A stretch of 64,000 bases of DNA, from the NCBI GenBank assembly GCA_905479745.1, contig CAJQNO010000027.1:250-64249 (forward strand). Reading direction: 5' to 3'. The stretch is from an uncultured Flavobacteriaceae bacterium. GTDB lineage: Bacteria > Bacteroidota > Bacteroidia > Flavobacteriales > Flavobacteriaceae. The notes beneath the pieces are model-generated. The model searched no databases and was not told where the DNA came from. It was given only the letters and a program-made list of their open reading frames with translations. Both the position numbers and the translations under genes were made by a program. Shown in pieces: positions 39,920 to 50,660 of the stretch. The stretch's first letter is position 1, and every line of letters begins with the position of its first letter.

Positions 39920-41389
39920 ATGGAAACAATTGCAGCCCCATCTTGCAATGCTTCAACTTTGGCGGCATACGTGCCTTCCGCTCAAAATCCCTGGAATGTA
40001 AGTAAGATTAAACATGTATATCGCAGGTTAGGGTTTAGTGCTTCCCAAGACACCGTAGACCTTGCCCTGCCAATGAGCCCGGGCCAATTTATCGACTCTC
40101 TAGTGGATGCAGCCTTCGCGCTACCCCCTACCGCAGCTCCACCATGGGGCTACTGGGCATTGGGAGATTTTACCGATTACGAAACGGAGAACGAACAATT
40201 TATATTCGACTGGCGTATTCAGGCTGGAAACGACTTTATGACTGAAGATCTTCGTGGGCGCCTTACGTCTTTCTGGATGAACCATTTTGTCACCGAACTG
40301 GAAGTGTATTTTTATGCGCCTTATTTATTTCAGTATTACAATACTATCCAAACGCATGCCCTGGGGAATTTCAAAACCTTCGTGCACGATATAGGGATTA
40401 GTAATGCCATGTTACTTTACCTGAACGGGTATGAGAACACCAATGTCAACCCGAATGAAAATTACGCCAGGGAACTATACGAACTCTTTACGCTAGGAGA
40501 AGGAAATGGTTACAGCCAAACAGACATTATAGAAACTTCCAGAGCCCTTACCGGTTACAATCACTGGACCGAATTTGGAGGCCAGATCTATTTCGATGTA
40601 AGTACTCACGATACCGGACTTAAAAGCATTTTCGGCCAGGATGGTAATTGGGGATATACGGACGTGATCGATATTTTATTCCTGGAACGCGGACTCGAGG
40701 TGTGCAAATTTATATGCACCAAGCTTTATAAATACTTCGTTAGCCCTTCTGTGGATGCTCTAATCATACAGGATATAATTGAGCCCCTGGCTCAAACCAT
40801 GGTGGCAAATAATTACGAACTGGTTCCTGTATTGAAACAGCTATTTAAAAGCGAACATTTTTTCGATGAGCGCGCTATAGGTGTGGTGATCAAGAGTCCT
40901 TTCGACACAATTTTCGGCTTTGTTAATGAGACCGAGTTCTTCTATGATACTAGTATAATGGATGCCTTTCTGTATTATTCGGGACTTATGGGGCAGGAAA
41001 TTTTCAATCCCCCAGATGTTGCCGGATGGCAACGGGATGAGGAGTGGATTAATACCTCTACACTTACCGGACGTTGGGAGCTAATGGAGCTTTATGTAAC
41101 TTATCTCTTCGGAAATGGATACGAACTTACGTTGACCGATCTGGCCAAAGCCCTTACCAATAATAGCAACGACCCCTATTATATCACCCAGGTACTGGTA
41201 GACCATTTTGTTCCGAAGCAATTATATACCATTACCGACTACGACATAGCCACAGACATCTTTAAATGGGATGTCCCGCAGAACTATTATGACAACGGAA
41301 CCTGGAATTTAGATTGGTCTACAGCACCCTATCAGGTTACCTTGCTGCTAAATCATATAGCACGAATGCCCGAATTCCAACTTAAATAA
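39920..41389 (+). CDS. DUF1800 domain-containing protein
   Basis: 489 aa. FWMNHF, NENYARELYELFTLGEGNGYSQTDI and DVAGW are patterns typical of DUF1800. Paired with DUF1501 downstream as usual. Confidence 0.8.
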   Translation: METIAAPSCNASTLAAYVPSAQNPWNVSKIKHVYRRLGFSASQDTVDLALPMSPGQFIDSLVDAAFALPPTAAPPWGYWALGDFTDYETENEQFIFDWRIQAGNDFMTEDLRGRLTSFWMNHFVTELEVYFYAPYLFQYYNTIQTHALGNFKTFVHDIGISNAMLLYLNGYENTNVNPNENYARELYELFTLGEGNGYSQTDIIETSRALTGYNHWTEFGGQIYFDVSTHDTGLKSIFGQDGNWGYTDVIDILFLERGLEVCKFICTKLYKYFVSPSVDALIIQDIIEPLAQTMVANNYELVPVLKQLFKSEHFFDERAIGVVIKSPFDTIFGFVNETEFFYDTSIMDAFLYYSGLMGQEIFNPPDVAGWQRDEEWINTSTLTGRWELMELYVTYLFGNGYELTLTDLAKALTNNSNDPYYITQVLVDHFVPKQLYTITDYDIATDIFKWDVPQNYYDNGTWNLDWSTAPYQVTLLLNHIARMPEFQLK

Positions 41390-41396
41390 CCTGCTC

Positions 41397-43016
41397 ATGT
41401 GTACGAATCATAATTTTAAGAAAAAAGGAGCTACCAAGGACCAAAAGCTTATTCACGATCAGGAACATGCCGAATGGAGCAGAAGATCATTTATCCAGGC
41501 ACTTGGGCTTGCCGGTGGAGGTAGTATAATGTTGGGGAATGCTGCTGTAACAGCCTCCAAACCTTCTCCGCTTTCAGTGGCTCTCGCCGAAAGCGAAACA
41601 GATCGTATCATGGTAATTATAAGGCTCAAAGGAGGAAATGACGGCTTGAACACCATAGTTCCCATTTACGATTATGCCACCTATGCCAATTTGCGACCAA
41701 CGATCCGGCATCAACAAAGCGAACTTACAAACCTGAATGCAGACTTTGCCATTCCCAATTATATGAGTAGCCTCGAGGCCATGTGGGGAGAAGGGCAAAT
41801 GAAAGTGGTACACGGCGTTGGTTATCCGCAGCAGAATCTATCTCATTTTCGTTCATCGGATATCTGGGCTTCGGCAGCAGATACGGTCATCGAACCTACC
41901 GGATGGTGGGGCCGATATTATGAACATCTCTATCCGGACTACCTTATAAATCCCCCTGAAGTTCCGCCTGCCATACAGATAGGAAGCATAGGCAACCTGG
42001 TATTTGAAGGCCAGGAAACTAATTATGCATTTTCTGTTGCTAATCCGCAACAATTGGAGAGCGTCGCCCAAAACGGTCAAATACACGACCTCTTGGATAT
42101 CCCAGAATGTGTATATGGAGATAAATTATTCTTTATGCGCTCCACCACAAATACAACCTTTACCTACGCAGGTGTGATCAACGATGCATACATGAACTCG
42201 ACGAACCAGGCCACTTACAGCGACGAGGATCTGGCCAGCCAAATGTCTATTGTGGCAAGGATGATCAAAGGAGGGTTGGGTACCAAAGTATATATGGTCA
42301 CCCTGGGAAGTTTCGATACACATGCCAACCAGCCCGATGAGCACAGGGCGTTACTGCAAGACCTGTCTGATACTTTGCAAAGTTTCTATACAGATCTGGA
42401 AGCAGCCGAAATGCAAAATGATGTGCTGTGTATGACCATTTCCGAATTTGGCCGAAGACCTTATGAGAATGGCTCTAACGGTACAGACCACGGCGCTGCT
42501 TCGCCTGTTCTTTTATTCGGGCCGGGGCTTAATGGAAATGGATTTGTGGGAACCCATCCCGACCTGTTAACCTGGGACAGCCATGATAATCTCATCCCTA
42601 CGGCCGATTTCCGTTCTGTTTATTCCAGCGTACTTACCAATTGGTTTTGTTTGGATCCAACAGTGATCGATCTTATTCTGCTTAATGAGAATTACCCCGA
42701 ACTGGACCTGGGAATTAATTGTGATTCGTTGTCGAATACCGATTTTGGCAATGTAACCACTTTCATTCATGCTCCGGTGTATAAAAATAACAGGGTATAC
42801 ATTGAAATGAACATGACCAACACCAGCCATATCGATCTAAAGCTCTACGATATAATGGGAAAAGAACTGGGAACCCTTAAAAATGAAGTGCTGTTCCCCG
42901 GTGTTCATTCGATAGATGTTAAAGCTGCATTAGGCTCCAGGCTAAGTTTTGGACAGTATATATACCGAATTTCTATGGGAGGCCAGTTTTACAGTAAATC
43001 ACTCCTTATAAAATAG
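41397..43016 (+). CDS. DUF1501 (sulfatase-like) protein with twin-arginine signal and T9SS type A C-terminal sorting domain
   Basis: 539 aa. SRRSFIQALGLAGGG Tat motif, GGNDGLNT, GSFDTHANQ, SEFGRR...GTDHG. The last ~75 aa (IDLKLYDIMGKELGTLKNE...GQYIYRISMGGQFYSKSLLIK) are CTD-like. Confidence 0.8.
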   Translation: MCTNHNFKKKGATKDQKLIHDQEHAEWSRRSFIQALGLAGGGSIMLGNAAVTASKPSPLSVALAESETDRIMVIIRLKGGNDGLNTIVPIYDYATYANLRPTIRHQQSELTNLNADFAIPNYMSSLEAMWGEGQMKVVHGVGYPQQNLSHFRSSDIWASAADTVIEPTGWWGRYYEHLYPDYLINPPEVPPAIQIGSIGNLVFEGQETNYAFSVANPQQLESVAQNGQIHDLLDIPECVYGDKLFFMRSTTNTTFTYAGVINDAYMNSTNQATYSDEDLASQMSIVARMIKGGLGTKVYMVTLGSFDTHANQPDEHRALLQDLSDTLQSFYTDLEAAEMQNDVLCMTISEFGRRPYENGSNGTDHGAASPVLLFGPGLNGNGFVGTHPDLLTWDSHDNLIPTADFRSVYSSVLTNWFCLDPTVIDLILLNENYPELDLGINCDSLSNTDFGNVTTFIHAPVYKNNRVYIEMNMTNTSHIDLKLYDIMGKELGTLKNEVLFPGVHSIDVKAALGSRLSFGQYIYRISMGGQFYSKSLLIK

Positions 43017-43037
43017 TACCATTTTCTTTTTTTATAT

Positions 43038-43075
43038 GAAAAGTCTTCTGTTCACCGGGAGACTTTTCTCTTGTT
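43038..43075 (+). terminator. putative Rho-independent terminator
   Basis: GAAAAGTCT (43038-43046) pairs with AGACTTTTC (43060-43068), followed by a T-rich tail. The 13-nt loop weakens the call. Confidence 0.4.
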
Positions 43076-43147
43076 ACCCTATTTGAACCGAAGATAAAAT
43101 CGCTATTTTTGTGCCTGTTCACAATCAAGTCTGAATTTCAATAGTAA

Positions 43148-45211
43148 ATGAACGATCCCAAGAGAATTACCATAACAGCCGCTTTACCTTATACCAATGG
43201 CCCTGTACATATTGGCCATTTGGCCGGAGTCTATGTACCAGCCGATATATATGCGCGATATCAGCGTCTTATAGGAATGGACGTTGCTTTTGTTTGCGGT
43301 AGTGATGAGCACGGCGTTCCCATCACGATCAAAGCGAAAAAGGAAGGGATCAGCCCACAGGAGGTTGTGGACAAATATCATGAGATCATAAAAAGATCTT
43401 TCGAGGAATTTGGGATCACTTTCGATAATTACTCTCGAACCTCGGCGAAGATACATCACGATACGGCTTCAGGATTTTTCAAGAAACTTTACGATGACGG
43501 AAAGTTTGTGGAGGAAGTGACCGAACAATTGTACGACGAGGAAGCAAATCAATTCCTGGCCGATCGCTTTGTAGTAGGAACCTGCCCGAAGTGCGGTTAC
43601 GAGGAGAGTTACGGAGATCAATGTGAGAATTGCGGTACTTCACATAATGCCACAGACCTAATTAACCCCAAAAGTGCTATCTCGGGCGCAAAACCGGTGA
43701 AAAAGGAAACAAAACACTGGTTTCTGCCTCTGGATCAATACGAGGATTGGCTAAGAGAATGGATTTTAGTGGGTCATAAAAAAGATTGGAAAACCAATGT
43801 GTACGGGCAATGTAAATCCTGGATCGATGATGGATTACGCCCAAGGGCGGTTACCCGCGATCTGGATTGGGGAATCCCTGTTCCCGTAGATGGTGCCGAA
43901 GGAAAAGTGCTCTATGTTTGGTTCGATGCACCCATAGGATATATTTCTTCCACACGTGAATGGGCAGAAAGAGAAGGCAAGGATTGGGAACCCTATTGGA
44001 AAAGTGAAGACACTAAGCTGTTACATTTTATAGGTAAGGACAATATTGTTTTTCATTGTATCATCTTTCCGGCCATGCTAAAAGCTGAAGGAAGTTATAT
44101 CGTACCGGATAATGTCCCCGCCAACGAATTTTTAAACCTGGAGGGAAATAAAATATCCACGAGTAAGAACTGGGCAGTGTGGCTGCATGAATACCTCCTG
44201 GAATTTCCCGGCCAGCAAGATGTGCTTAGGTATGTGCTAACGGCCAATGCTCCCGAGACAAAGGACAACGATTTTACATGGGCCGATTTCCAGGCCAGGA
44301 ATAACAATGAATTGGTGGCTATCTTCGGAAATTTCGTCAATCGCGTGGTGGTGCTAACGCATAAATATTACGATGGAGAAACCCCGCAGCCATCCGAATT
44401 CTCTAACGTAGACAAGGAGACCTTTGATGAACTCCGGGCTGCTCCGGAAGTTATCGCAAGTTCTATAGAAAGGTATAGATTTAGAGAGGCGCAGGCAAAA
44501 CTTATGGACGTTGCCCGACTTGGAAACAAGTACCTGGCCGATGAGGAGCCGTGGAAGACCATCAAAACAGATGAGGCAAGAACCAAAACCGTGATGTATG
44601 TGGCACTGCAGATCGCAGCAGCGCTGGCGGTTCTAAGCGAGCCTTTTCTGCCTTACACTTCAGCTAAACTAAATCATATCCTGGGAAATAGCGAGAGGGT
44701 TCCGGTTACTAGCTGGAAGGGCATTTCAGAAGAAAAAGAACTCATTGCTCCAGGGCATCAAATTGGGAAAGGTGAATTACTTTTCAGTAAAATAGAGGAC
44801 GAAAAAATTCAAGAACAACTCGCAAAACTTGAAGCCAGTAAAAAAGAAAATAAAGCTATGAATGCAAGCGTGGAACCTCAGAAAGATGTTATTACTTTCG
44901 ACGACTTTACCAAACTGGATATGAGAGTGGGTACAATTATTTCTGCTGAAAAGATGCCCAAAACCAAGAAACTTTTGGTTTTAAAAGTAGATACCGGCAT
45001 AGACACGCGTACCATTGTGTCTGGTATAGCCGAAAGCTTTACCGCCGAAGAAGTGGTAGGGAAACGTGTTACTGTATTGGTTAACCTGGCTCCACGTGCT
45101 TTACGGGGGGTGGAAAGTGAAGGCATGATCTTAATGACCGAAACTCCCGATGGAAAACTGGTATTTGTTAATCCGGACGACGATGTCCCTAATGGAGTAA
45201 AAATTAGTTAG
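43148..45211 (+). CDS. metG: methionyl-tRNA synthetase
   Basis: 687 aa. [11 protein letters not shown] (HIGH), Zn knuckles CPKCG/CENCG, KISTSK (KMSKS), C-terminal tRNA-binding (EMAP-like) domain. Confidence 0.95.
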   Translation: MNDPKRITITAALPYTNGPVHIGHLAGVYVPADIYARYQRLIGMDVAFVCGSDEHGVPITIKAKKEGISPQEVVDKYHEIIKRSFEEFGITFDNYSRTSAKIHHDTASGFFKKLYDDGKFVEEVTEQLYDEEANQFLADRFVVGTCPKCGYEESYGDQCENCGTSHNATDLINPKSAISGAKPVKKETKHWFLPLDQYEDWLREWILVGHKKDWKTNVYGQCKSWIDDGLRPRAVTRDLDWGIPVPVDGAEGKVLYVWFDAPIGYISSTREWAEREGKDWEPYWKSEDTKLLHFIGKDNIVFHCIIFPAMLKAEGSYIVPDNVPANEFLNLEGNKISTSKNWAVWLHEYLLEFPGQQDVLRYVLTANAPETKDNDFTWADFQARNNNELVAIFGNFVNRVVVLTHKYYDGETPQPSEFSNVDKETFDELRAAPEVIASSIERYRFREAQAKLMDVARLGNKYLADEEPWKTIKTDEARTKTVMYVALQIAAALAVLSEPFLPYTSAKLNHILGNSERVPVTSWKGISEEKELIAPGHQIGKGELLFSKIEDEKIQEQLAKLEASKKENKAMNASVEPQKDVITFDDFTKLDMRVGTIISAEKMPKTKKLLVLKVDTGIDTRTIVSGIAESFTAEEVVGKRVTVLVNLAPRALRGVESEGMILMTETPDGKLVFVNPDDDVPNGVKIS

Positions 45212-45311
45212 TCTTACAATTAGGGTTAAGATAAATTCTTCTAAAATTGACTTTCGTCATAGCTGCTCTAAACGATTAAACGGTTATTTGCATTCATTAA
45301 AATTTTGATCC

Positions 45312-46580
45312 ATGAGAATTGTTACCGCCGAAGAAGCCGTTTCCATAGTAAAGAGCGGCGATACTGTTTTTTTTCAGGGCGCCGCCATGACCCCTAATCT
45401 CCTAATAGATAAGCTTTGCGACAGATACAAGGATCTGCAAGATGTAAAGATCGTCCAGATCCATACTGAAGGGAAAGCAAAGTATATGGAAGAGCCTTAC
45501 GCTTCTTCTTTTAATATTTACAGTTGCTTTGTTGGTGGCAATGTGCGCAAGGGTATTAATAATAACAAGGGAGACTATATCCCAATTTTCCTGAGCGAGA
45601 TACACCTGTTATTTCGACGAAACATCATTTCACTGGACGTGGCTTTTATACAGGTTTCTCCACCTGATAAACATGGATATTGTTCCTTGGGTGTATCAGT
45701 AGACATAGCATTACCCGCACTCGAAAAGGCAAAAAAAGTTGTAGCATTGGTAAATCCCCGTGTTCCCAGAACTCATGGTGATGGCATCATACACATCAAC
45801 TCAATTGATTTTGGAGTACATATAGATACTCCGCTTCATTATGCCTCTATTACCGAACCCACAGAAGTTGAGGAGAAGATCGGCCATCATGTTGCCGGAC
45901 TTGTAGAGGACGGTGCCACCTTACAAATGGGGATTGGGAATATCCCCAATGCCGTACTTAAAAACCTCACAAATCATAAAGGTCTGGGGATTGATACAGA
46001 AATGTTCAGTGACGGAGTTCTACCCTTAATCGAACTAGGGGTGATCACCGGAGAGCATAAGAAAATAAAACAGGGGAAGATCGTAACCTGCTTTGCTGTA
46101 GGAACACAGCGATTGTATGATTTTGTGGACGACAATCCCAGTGTTCATTTTAAAGAGGCCGCTTATACCAACGACACGCATAGAATTAGAATACAACCAA
46201 AAGTAACTGCGATCAACAGTGCGATTGAAATTGATTTCACAGGGCAGGTTTGTGCCGATACAATTGGTCCGTATCAATTTTCGGGAGTTGGCGGACAAAT
46301 GGATTTTATCCGGGGTGCGAGCTTGTCTGAAGGTGGCAAACCCATTATTGCCATGCCGTCTACAACTGCCAAAGGAATCTCGAAGATCGTCCCATACCTG
46401 AAGCAAGGTGCCGGGGTGACCACTACAAGAGCGCATGTACATTACGTAGCCACAGAATATGGTGTTGTGAACCTGTTTGGAAAGAGTTTGAAAGAGCGAG
46501 CTCGGGCTTTAATTTCCATCGCACATCCCGATCACCAGGAACAGCTGGAAAGGGAAATGTTTGAAAGATTTAAACTATAA
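45312..46580 (+). CDS. acetyl-CoA hydrolase/transferase family protein (4-hydroxybutyrate CoA-transferase-like)
   Basis: 422 aa. LQMGIGNIPNAV, TEMFSDG, SGVGGQMDF motifs. Confidence 0.85.
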   Translation: MRIVTAEEAVSIVKSGDTVFFQGAAMTPNLLIDKLCDRYKDLQDVKIVQIHTEGKAKYMEEPYASSFNIYSCFVGGNVRKGINNNKGDYIPIFLSEIHLLFRRNIISLDVAFIQVSPPDKHGYCSLGVSVDIALPALEKAKKVVALVNPRVPRTHGDGIIHINSIDFGVHIDTPLHYASITEPTEVEEKIGHHVAGLVEDGATLQMGIGNIPNAVLKNLTNHKGLGIDTEMFSDGVLPLIELGVITGEHKKIKQGKIVTCFAVGTQRLYDFVDDNPSVHFKEAAYTNDTHRIRIQPKVTAINSAIEIDFTGQVCADTIGPYQFSGVGGQMDFIRGASLSEGGKPIIAMPSTTAKGISKIVPYLKQGAGVTTTRAHVHYVATEYGVVNLFGKSLKERARALISIAHPDHQEQLEREMFERFKL

Positions 46581-46582
46581 AA

Positions 46583-46607
46583 AATCCCCCGGTGATTTCG
46601 GGGGATC
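46583..46607. terminator. bidirectional terminator hairpin between convergent genes
   Basis: ATCCCCCG (46584-46591) pairs with CGGGGGAT (46599-46606). A-run on the left, T/A on the right. Confidence 0.6.
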
Positions 46608-47192
46608 TTATAAAAGGATGTTGAGTCGATCAGACAACCATTTAGGAATTGAACTTTCGCGTACGGGTTCTTTCGGGGTTTCTTCGATCTTGTGTTTTCT
46701 GTTGTGTTCCACTTCACGCTTTTTCTTAACCCTTGAAATTACCTCATCCACGTAATATATAAATTCACCATTCATAGCAAATTGCTTTGCGTCTTTAAGC
46801 GAATCCAAAGATTCATTATATAGGGCTGTCACTTCAAAAAGCTGTGCCTGTGCAAGTTCAATTCCTGCTCTGTCGATACCTTTTACGGTCCTTGCGAACT
46901 CGATCAACTTCTGAGCTTCGTCGAAATCTTCGTAATTGATGAGCAAGCGGATAAAATCCGGATAGACATTTGGAATGTCCAGACGGCTTGCTAAAGCCCG
47001 CTCATAGTAAGATCTCGCTACTTCATATTCACCAAGTTGTTCATCCTGGATCTTTGCCATGAGGCATAAGGCCCGAACGTTTTCAGGGTCGTATGTTAAA
47101 GCATAGTTCAAACTCTCAAGAGCTTGCGCCAATTCGTAAGGATATGCTTCCAATGCTTTAAAAAGGTATAAATTAGATGTATTAGCCTCCAT
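46608..47192 (-). CDS. TPR-like repeat protein, unknown function
   Basis: 194 aa. Repeated A..YE.AL...P motifs and a basic C-terminal tail. Confidence 0.6.
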   Translation of the reverse strand: MEANTSNLYLFKALEAYPYELAQALESLNYALTYDPENVRALCLMAKIQDEQLGEYEVARSYYERALASRLDIPNVYPDFIRLLINYEDFDEAQKLIEFARTVKGIDRAGIELAQAQLFEVTALYNESLDSLKDAKQFAMNGEFIYYVDEVISRVKKKREVEHNRKHKIEETPKEPVRESSIPKWLSDRLNILL

Positions 47193-47259
47193 TCTGTTTT
47201 AATTAAATGATTTGAATTTGTCTTTCCTTCTGTTACAGAATACGCCTTAATTACGAGGC

Positions 47260-47294
47260 AAAAAAAATCCGAAACAGTAAGGTGTGCTTCGGAT
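47260..47294 (-). terminator. putative Rho-independent terminator (minus strand)
   Basis: Plus strand reads A8-ATCCGAA(A)CA...TG(C)TTCGGAT. On the minus strand the stem is followed by T8. Confidence 0.45.
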
Positions 47295-47688
47295 ATTAAA
47301 TAGCAATATTGATACTGCTAATATTTGTTCCGAAGCCGGGTCGTTACTTGCTTTTCAAATACATGAAAATCGGTCTGGTACATAAATAAACACATAGCTT
47401 CTATAATTTTAATTTTTAATTCAAAAGAAACCATCCTGGTTGTAGCTACTACTTTTAGTCTTGATAATTTCGGATGCAAAGATGAGAACAAATTTTAAAT
47501 TTCAAAACAAATTAATCAATATATTTATTTGATTGTCAAGTAGTTAAAAAAATTTTATGCAATAGAGATCCTGTCCGCGATCTGCGGATCGGTGGACAAT
47601 CTCACAACGATTTGTGCATTAGCCGGTTAACTTTCAAAAGTGAATTCTTTTATGTTTTTGTTTACACATTCATATTCAGAAAAAAAAT

Positions 47689-47718
47689 TAAAAAAAAACG
47701 TCCGAAAATATCGGACGT
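47689..47718 (-). terminator. Rho-independent terminator (minus strand)
   Basis: ACGTCCGA (47698-47705), loop AAATA, TCGGACGT (47711-47718). Read on the minus strand this 8-bp GC-rich stem is followed by T8-9. Confidence 0.6.
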
Positions 47719-48300
47719 CCCTAAAATATATGATTCTGTACAATATTTGTCTCATAATTTTAATACATAACGCCCGGTATCGCACGACCATTTTACGGTT
47801 GCACGATAGTTAAACAGGATTAAAATCCCAAGAGGACTATGTATTCTATTAGTGTTCATTGCTTTGCAAAAATAGAAGAATTTTCGCATTAGGCAAATAG
47901 GAAAGTTGTCGAACAACATCGTAAATCAAGTACTTAAAAGCATCTAATTTATTTTCACCGAACTGTTATATAACGAATTACGTATATTTACTTATAGACG
48001 ATTGTATAATTACTTCATACTATTACTTTGCGAAATTCCTTAGTTCATGGAGTGTGTTTTTTTGTGACAGCAGTATTTATTTCGCAAGGGTCACTCAATT
48101 CTATTAGAAAATTAATCTTTTACAAATAAAGATATGATATCGAAAGGGTTTTTCATTTCTAACACATATCCTAAATGGATACTCGAGCTCCCAGTGAAAT
48201 CTGCTGATACCATACCAAGGTATTTGTACTAAGTATAGATAGAATAAAAAAATAAAACCCATCGATAACCTTCTAGAAGGCAACCGATAATTATATTAAT

Positions 48301-49110
48301 ATGGCATTAAAATATTATAAGTTTCTCGAATTAGAAATAACTCATTCGTTTTATCCGAATGGTGTTTCCGAACATTTTAAAATTTCTCCTTTGCCAATTT
48401 CGCTAAGGGATATTCAGAATTATAATATCAAGATAAATGTAAATAGGAACATATTTATCTTTTACTGTGGTATTTCAGAAACCGAAAATTTCGATCTGGC
48501 TGAAGCACTCAATGGGTTAAGTACACTTTATTTTCAGTTCTATCACGAGGATATTAACTTTAAAAACTACACCTCCAATATCCCGTTGAACAATACCGAT
48601 ATCATATACCTGAAAAACAGCCCCGGAGAAGAAGAGTTACAGCTCGATCACGCTCCGCCAAATGGAGATCTCCCACTTTATACAATAGGTGTGTTACTGC
48701 TTGATATCCATGATATAGTAAACGAGAATGATCCCAACAAAAAATTAACACTCTCTTTTACATCCCGCGAATTACTGTGGCAATATCAAATTATCTTAAG
48801 GGAGAATATGAAAGTGGAAGAGGGCGATCTTAAGATCGAAGGTATCTATAATGAGACTTACGAAGGGCCCGTAAAAAAACAATTTTCCCATGATGTTTCC
48901 GCGTTGGTAATGACATCGAATATTCCCTTACCATTGAGGTACACTATAGCGAATCATCCCTTATTAAAACTAAGTTACACCAATACACAACTCAATGTAA
49001 TAAAAGACTTAGAAATTAAACTGCCTAATCAAATTCCGGAGTCCATTCTTGGAGAGGAACGAGACGGAGCAGTTATTCCTTTACTAGCAACAGCGATAAT
49101 ATATGTATAA
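48301..49110 (+). CDS. hypothetical protein, first gene of the CIS-like operon
   Basis: 269-aa ORF ending 27 nt before the sheath gene. I recognise no motif. It is not DUF4255-like or gp25-like by eye. Confidence 0.6.
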   Translation: MALKYYKFLELEITHSFYPNGVSEHFKISPLPISLRDIQNYNIKINVNRNIFIFYCGISETENFDLAEALNGLSTLYFQFYHEDINFKNYTSNIPLNNTDIIYLKNSPGEEELQLDHAPPNGDLPLYTIGVLLLDIHDIVNENDPNKKLTLSFTSRELLWQYQIILRENMKVEEGDLKIEGIYNETYEGPVKKQFSHDVSALVMTSNIPLPLRYTIANHPLLKLSYTNTQLNVIKDLEIKLPNQIPESILGEERDGAVIPLLATAIIYV

Positions 49111-49137
49111 CTTAAATCCAGAAAGTTGTAGGAAACT

Positions 49138-50640
49138 ATGAGAACTCCCGGTGTATATATAAACGAAATTAGGGCTATTGGAAAATTGGTAGTACCGGTA
49201 CCTACCTCTATTCCGGCATTTATCGGATATACCCAGAACACCAGCTTTGAAGGTAAAAGCCTTATCAACCGGGCGGTTAGGATAACATCGCTAAATGATT
49301 TTGTCAATAAATTTGGTGAGGACTTTCCTGAGATAAAGTTTAGAATTTCTGAAGAAACAACTGCGCCAGATTATATCGATGCGCTAGGACAAGGCTACAA
49401 AATAACAGTTTCCGGTATGTTCTATAGGATGCTTGCCGCAATTAAATTCTTTTACATGAATGGAGGCTCTGAATGTTATGTAATAAGTATAGGCGATTAC
49501 AATTCAACTTTCCAAAAAGATGATTTTATAAGTGCCATTGATCTTCTGGTTGATGAACCGGATCCGTCTCTCTTAGTCATTCCCGAAGCCACAATATCCG
49601 GTTCACAAAGCGCCTACGACATTCAGAACCACATGATCGCACACTGCAGTGAAATAAAAAACAAGTTTGCGATTCTGGATGTGCCTGAGGGGTACAAGGA
49701 CCTTTTATCCTCTCCTAATTGTGTTGATAATTTTCGCAATGGGGTTGGAGGAATTCTTTCTGAAAACAATAGTTATGCTGCAGCATACTATCCTTGGTTG
49801 AACACTTCAGTTCACGATATGTCACAGGTTTCTTTCATCAATATTTCTCATGACTCTTATCCTCTTATCGCATCTCTACTTAGCTCAGAATTTACCGATT
49901 CAAGCGGTAACATCGATTCTGTGATCACCCAACAGATATCGTGCTTCCTGAATAATGGCAATAGTGATAACGGAACTTTTCAATTAGCGGATGCCGATAC
50001 CAATTTTAGGAATCTTAGTATACAATATCGATTGGTGCTTGAAAATGTACTTAAAAAATTGAACCTCATTCCTCCTTCATCGGCTATGGCTGGTATCTAT
50101 ACCATCATAGACAGCAGTAGAGGTGTTTGGAAGGCTCCCGCCAATGTTACTATACAAGGGGTTATATCACCCTCGGTCGCAATAGATAACAATATGCAGG
50201 TAGATCTTAACAGTCCTTTAAATGGTAAATCGGTCTGTGCTATACGGGCTTTTGTAGGAAGAGGAAATTTAGTATGGGGCGCCAGGACTCTGGATAGTAA
50301 TTCAAGTGAATGGAGATATATCAATGTTCGTCGCACATCGATCTTTATCGAACAATCTGTTAAAGAAGCTATCAAAGCTTTCATCTTCGAACCCAATGAT
50401 GCGAACACCTGGGCACAGGTTGAAACAATGATCTCTAATTTCCTGAATTCCCTATGGCGAGAGGGAGCGCTTATAGGCACTAAACCATCAGAATCTTATG
50501 TGGTGAACATCGGACTTGGTAAAACTATGACAGCTCAGGATATACAAGAAGGGATAATGCGAATATCCCTGGCTATTGCACTAATACGCCCTGCAGAATT
50601 TGTTGTAATTTCAGTCGAACAGAAAATGCAGGAATCCTAA
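49138..50640 (+). CDS. contractile tail sheath protein (phage tail sheath family, Afp2-4/Pvc2-4-like)
   Basis: 500 aa. N-terminus MRTPGVYINEI. C-terminal conserved block LVWGARTLDSNSSEWRYINVRRTSIFIEQSV...FEPNDANTWAQV...FLNSLWREGALIG. Confidence 0.9.
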   Translation: MRTPGVYINEIRAIGKLVVPVPTSIPAFIGYTQNTSFEGKSLINRAVRITSLNDFVNKFGEDFPEIKFRISEETTAPDYIDALGQGYKITVSGMFYRMLAAIKFFYMNGGSECYVISIGDYNSTFQKDDFISAIDLLVDEPDPSLLVIPEATISGSQSAYDIQNHMIAHCSEIKNKFAILDVPEGYKDLLSSPNCVDNFRNGVGGILSENNSYAAAYYPWLNTSVHDMSQVSFINISHDSYPLIASLLSSEFTDSSGNIDSVITQQISCFLNNGNSDNGTFQLADADTNFRNLSIQYRLVLENVLKKLNLIPPSSAMAGIYTIIDSSRGVWKAPANVTIQGVISPSVAIDNNMQVDLNSPLNGKSVCAIRAFVGRGNLVWGARTLDSNSSEWRYINVRRTSIFIEQSVKEAIKAFIFEPNDANTWAQVETMISNFLNSLWREGALIGTKPSESYVVNIGLGKTMTAQDIQEGIMRISLAIALIRPAEFVVISVEQKMQES

Positions 50641-50660
50641 TTAATTTAAAAACACTTTTT

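Noticed and set aside
47752-47919. 55-codon minus-strand ORF just upstream of the strong 47698-47718 terminator.
   Set aside because: The composition (MLFDNFPICLMRKFFYFCKAMN...) is unconvincing and I recognise no family. I keep the transcript hypothesis in the gap finding but do not call it a CDS.
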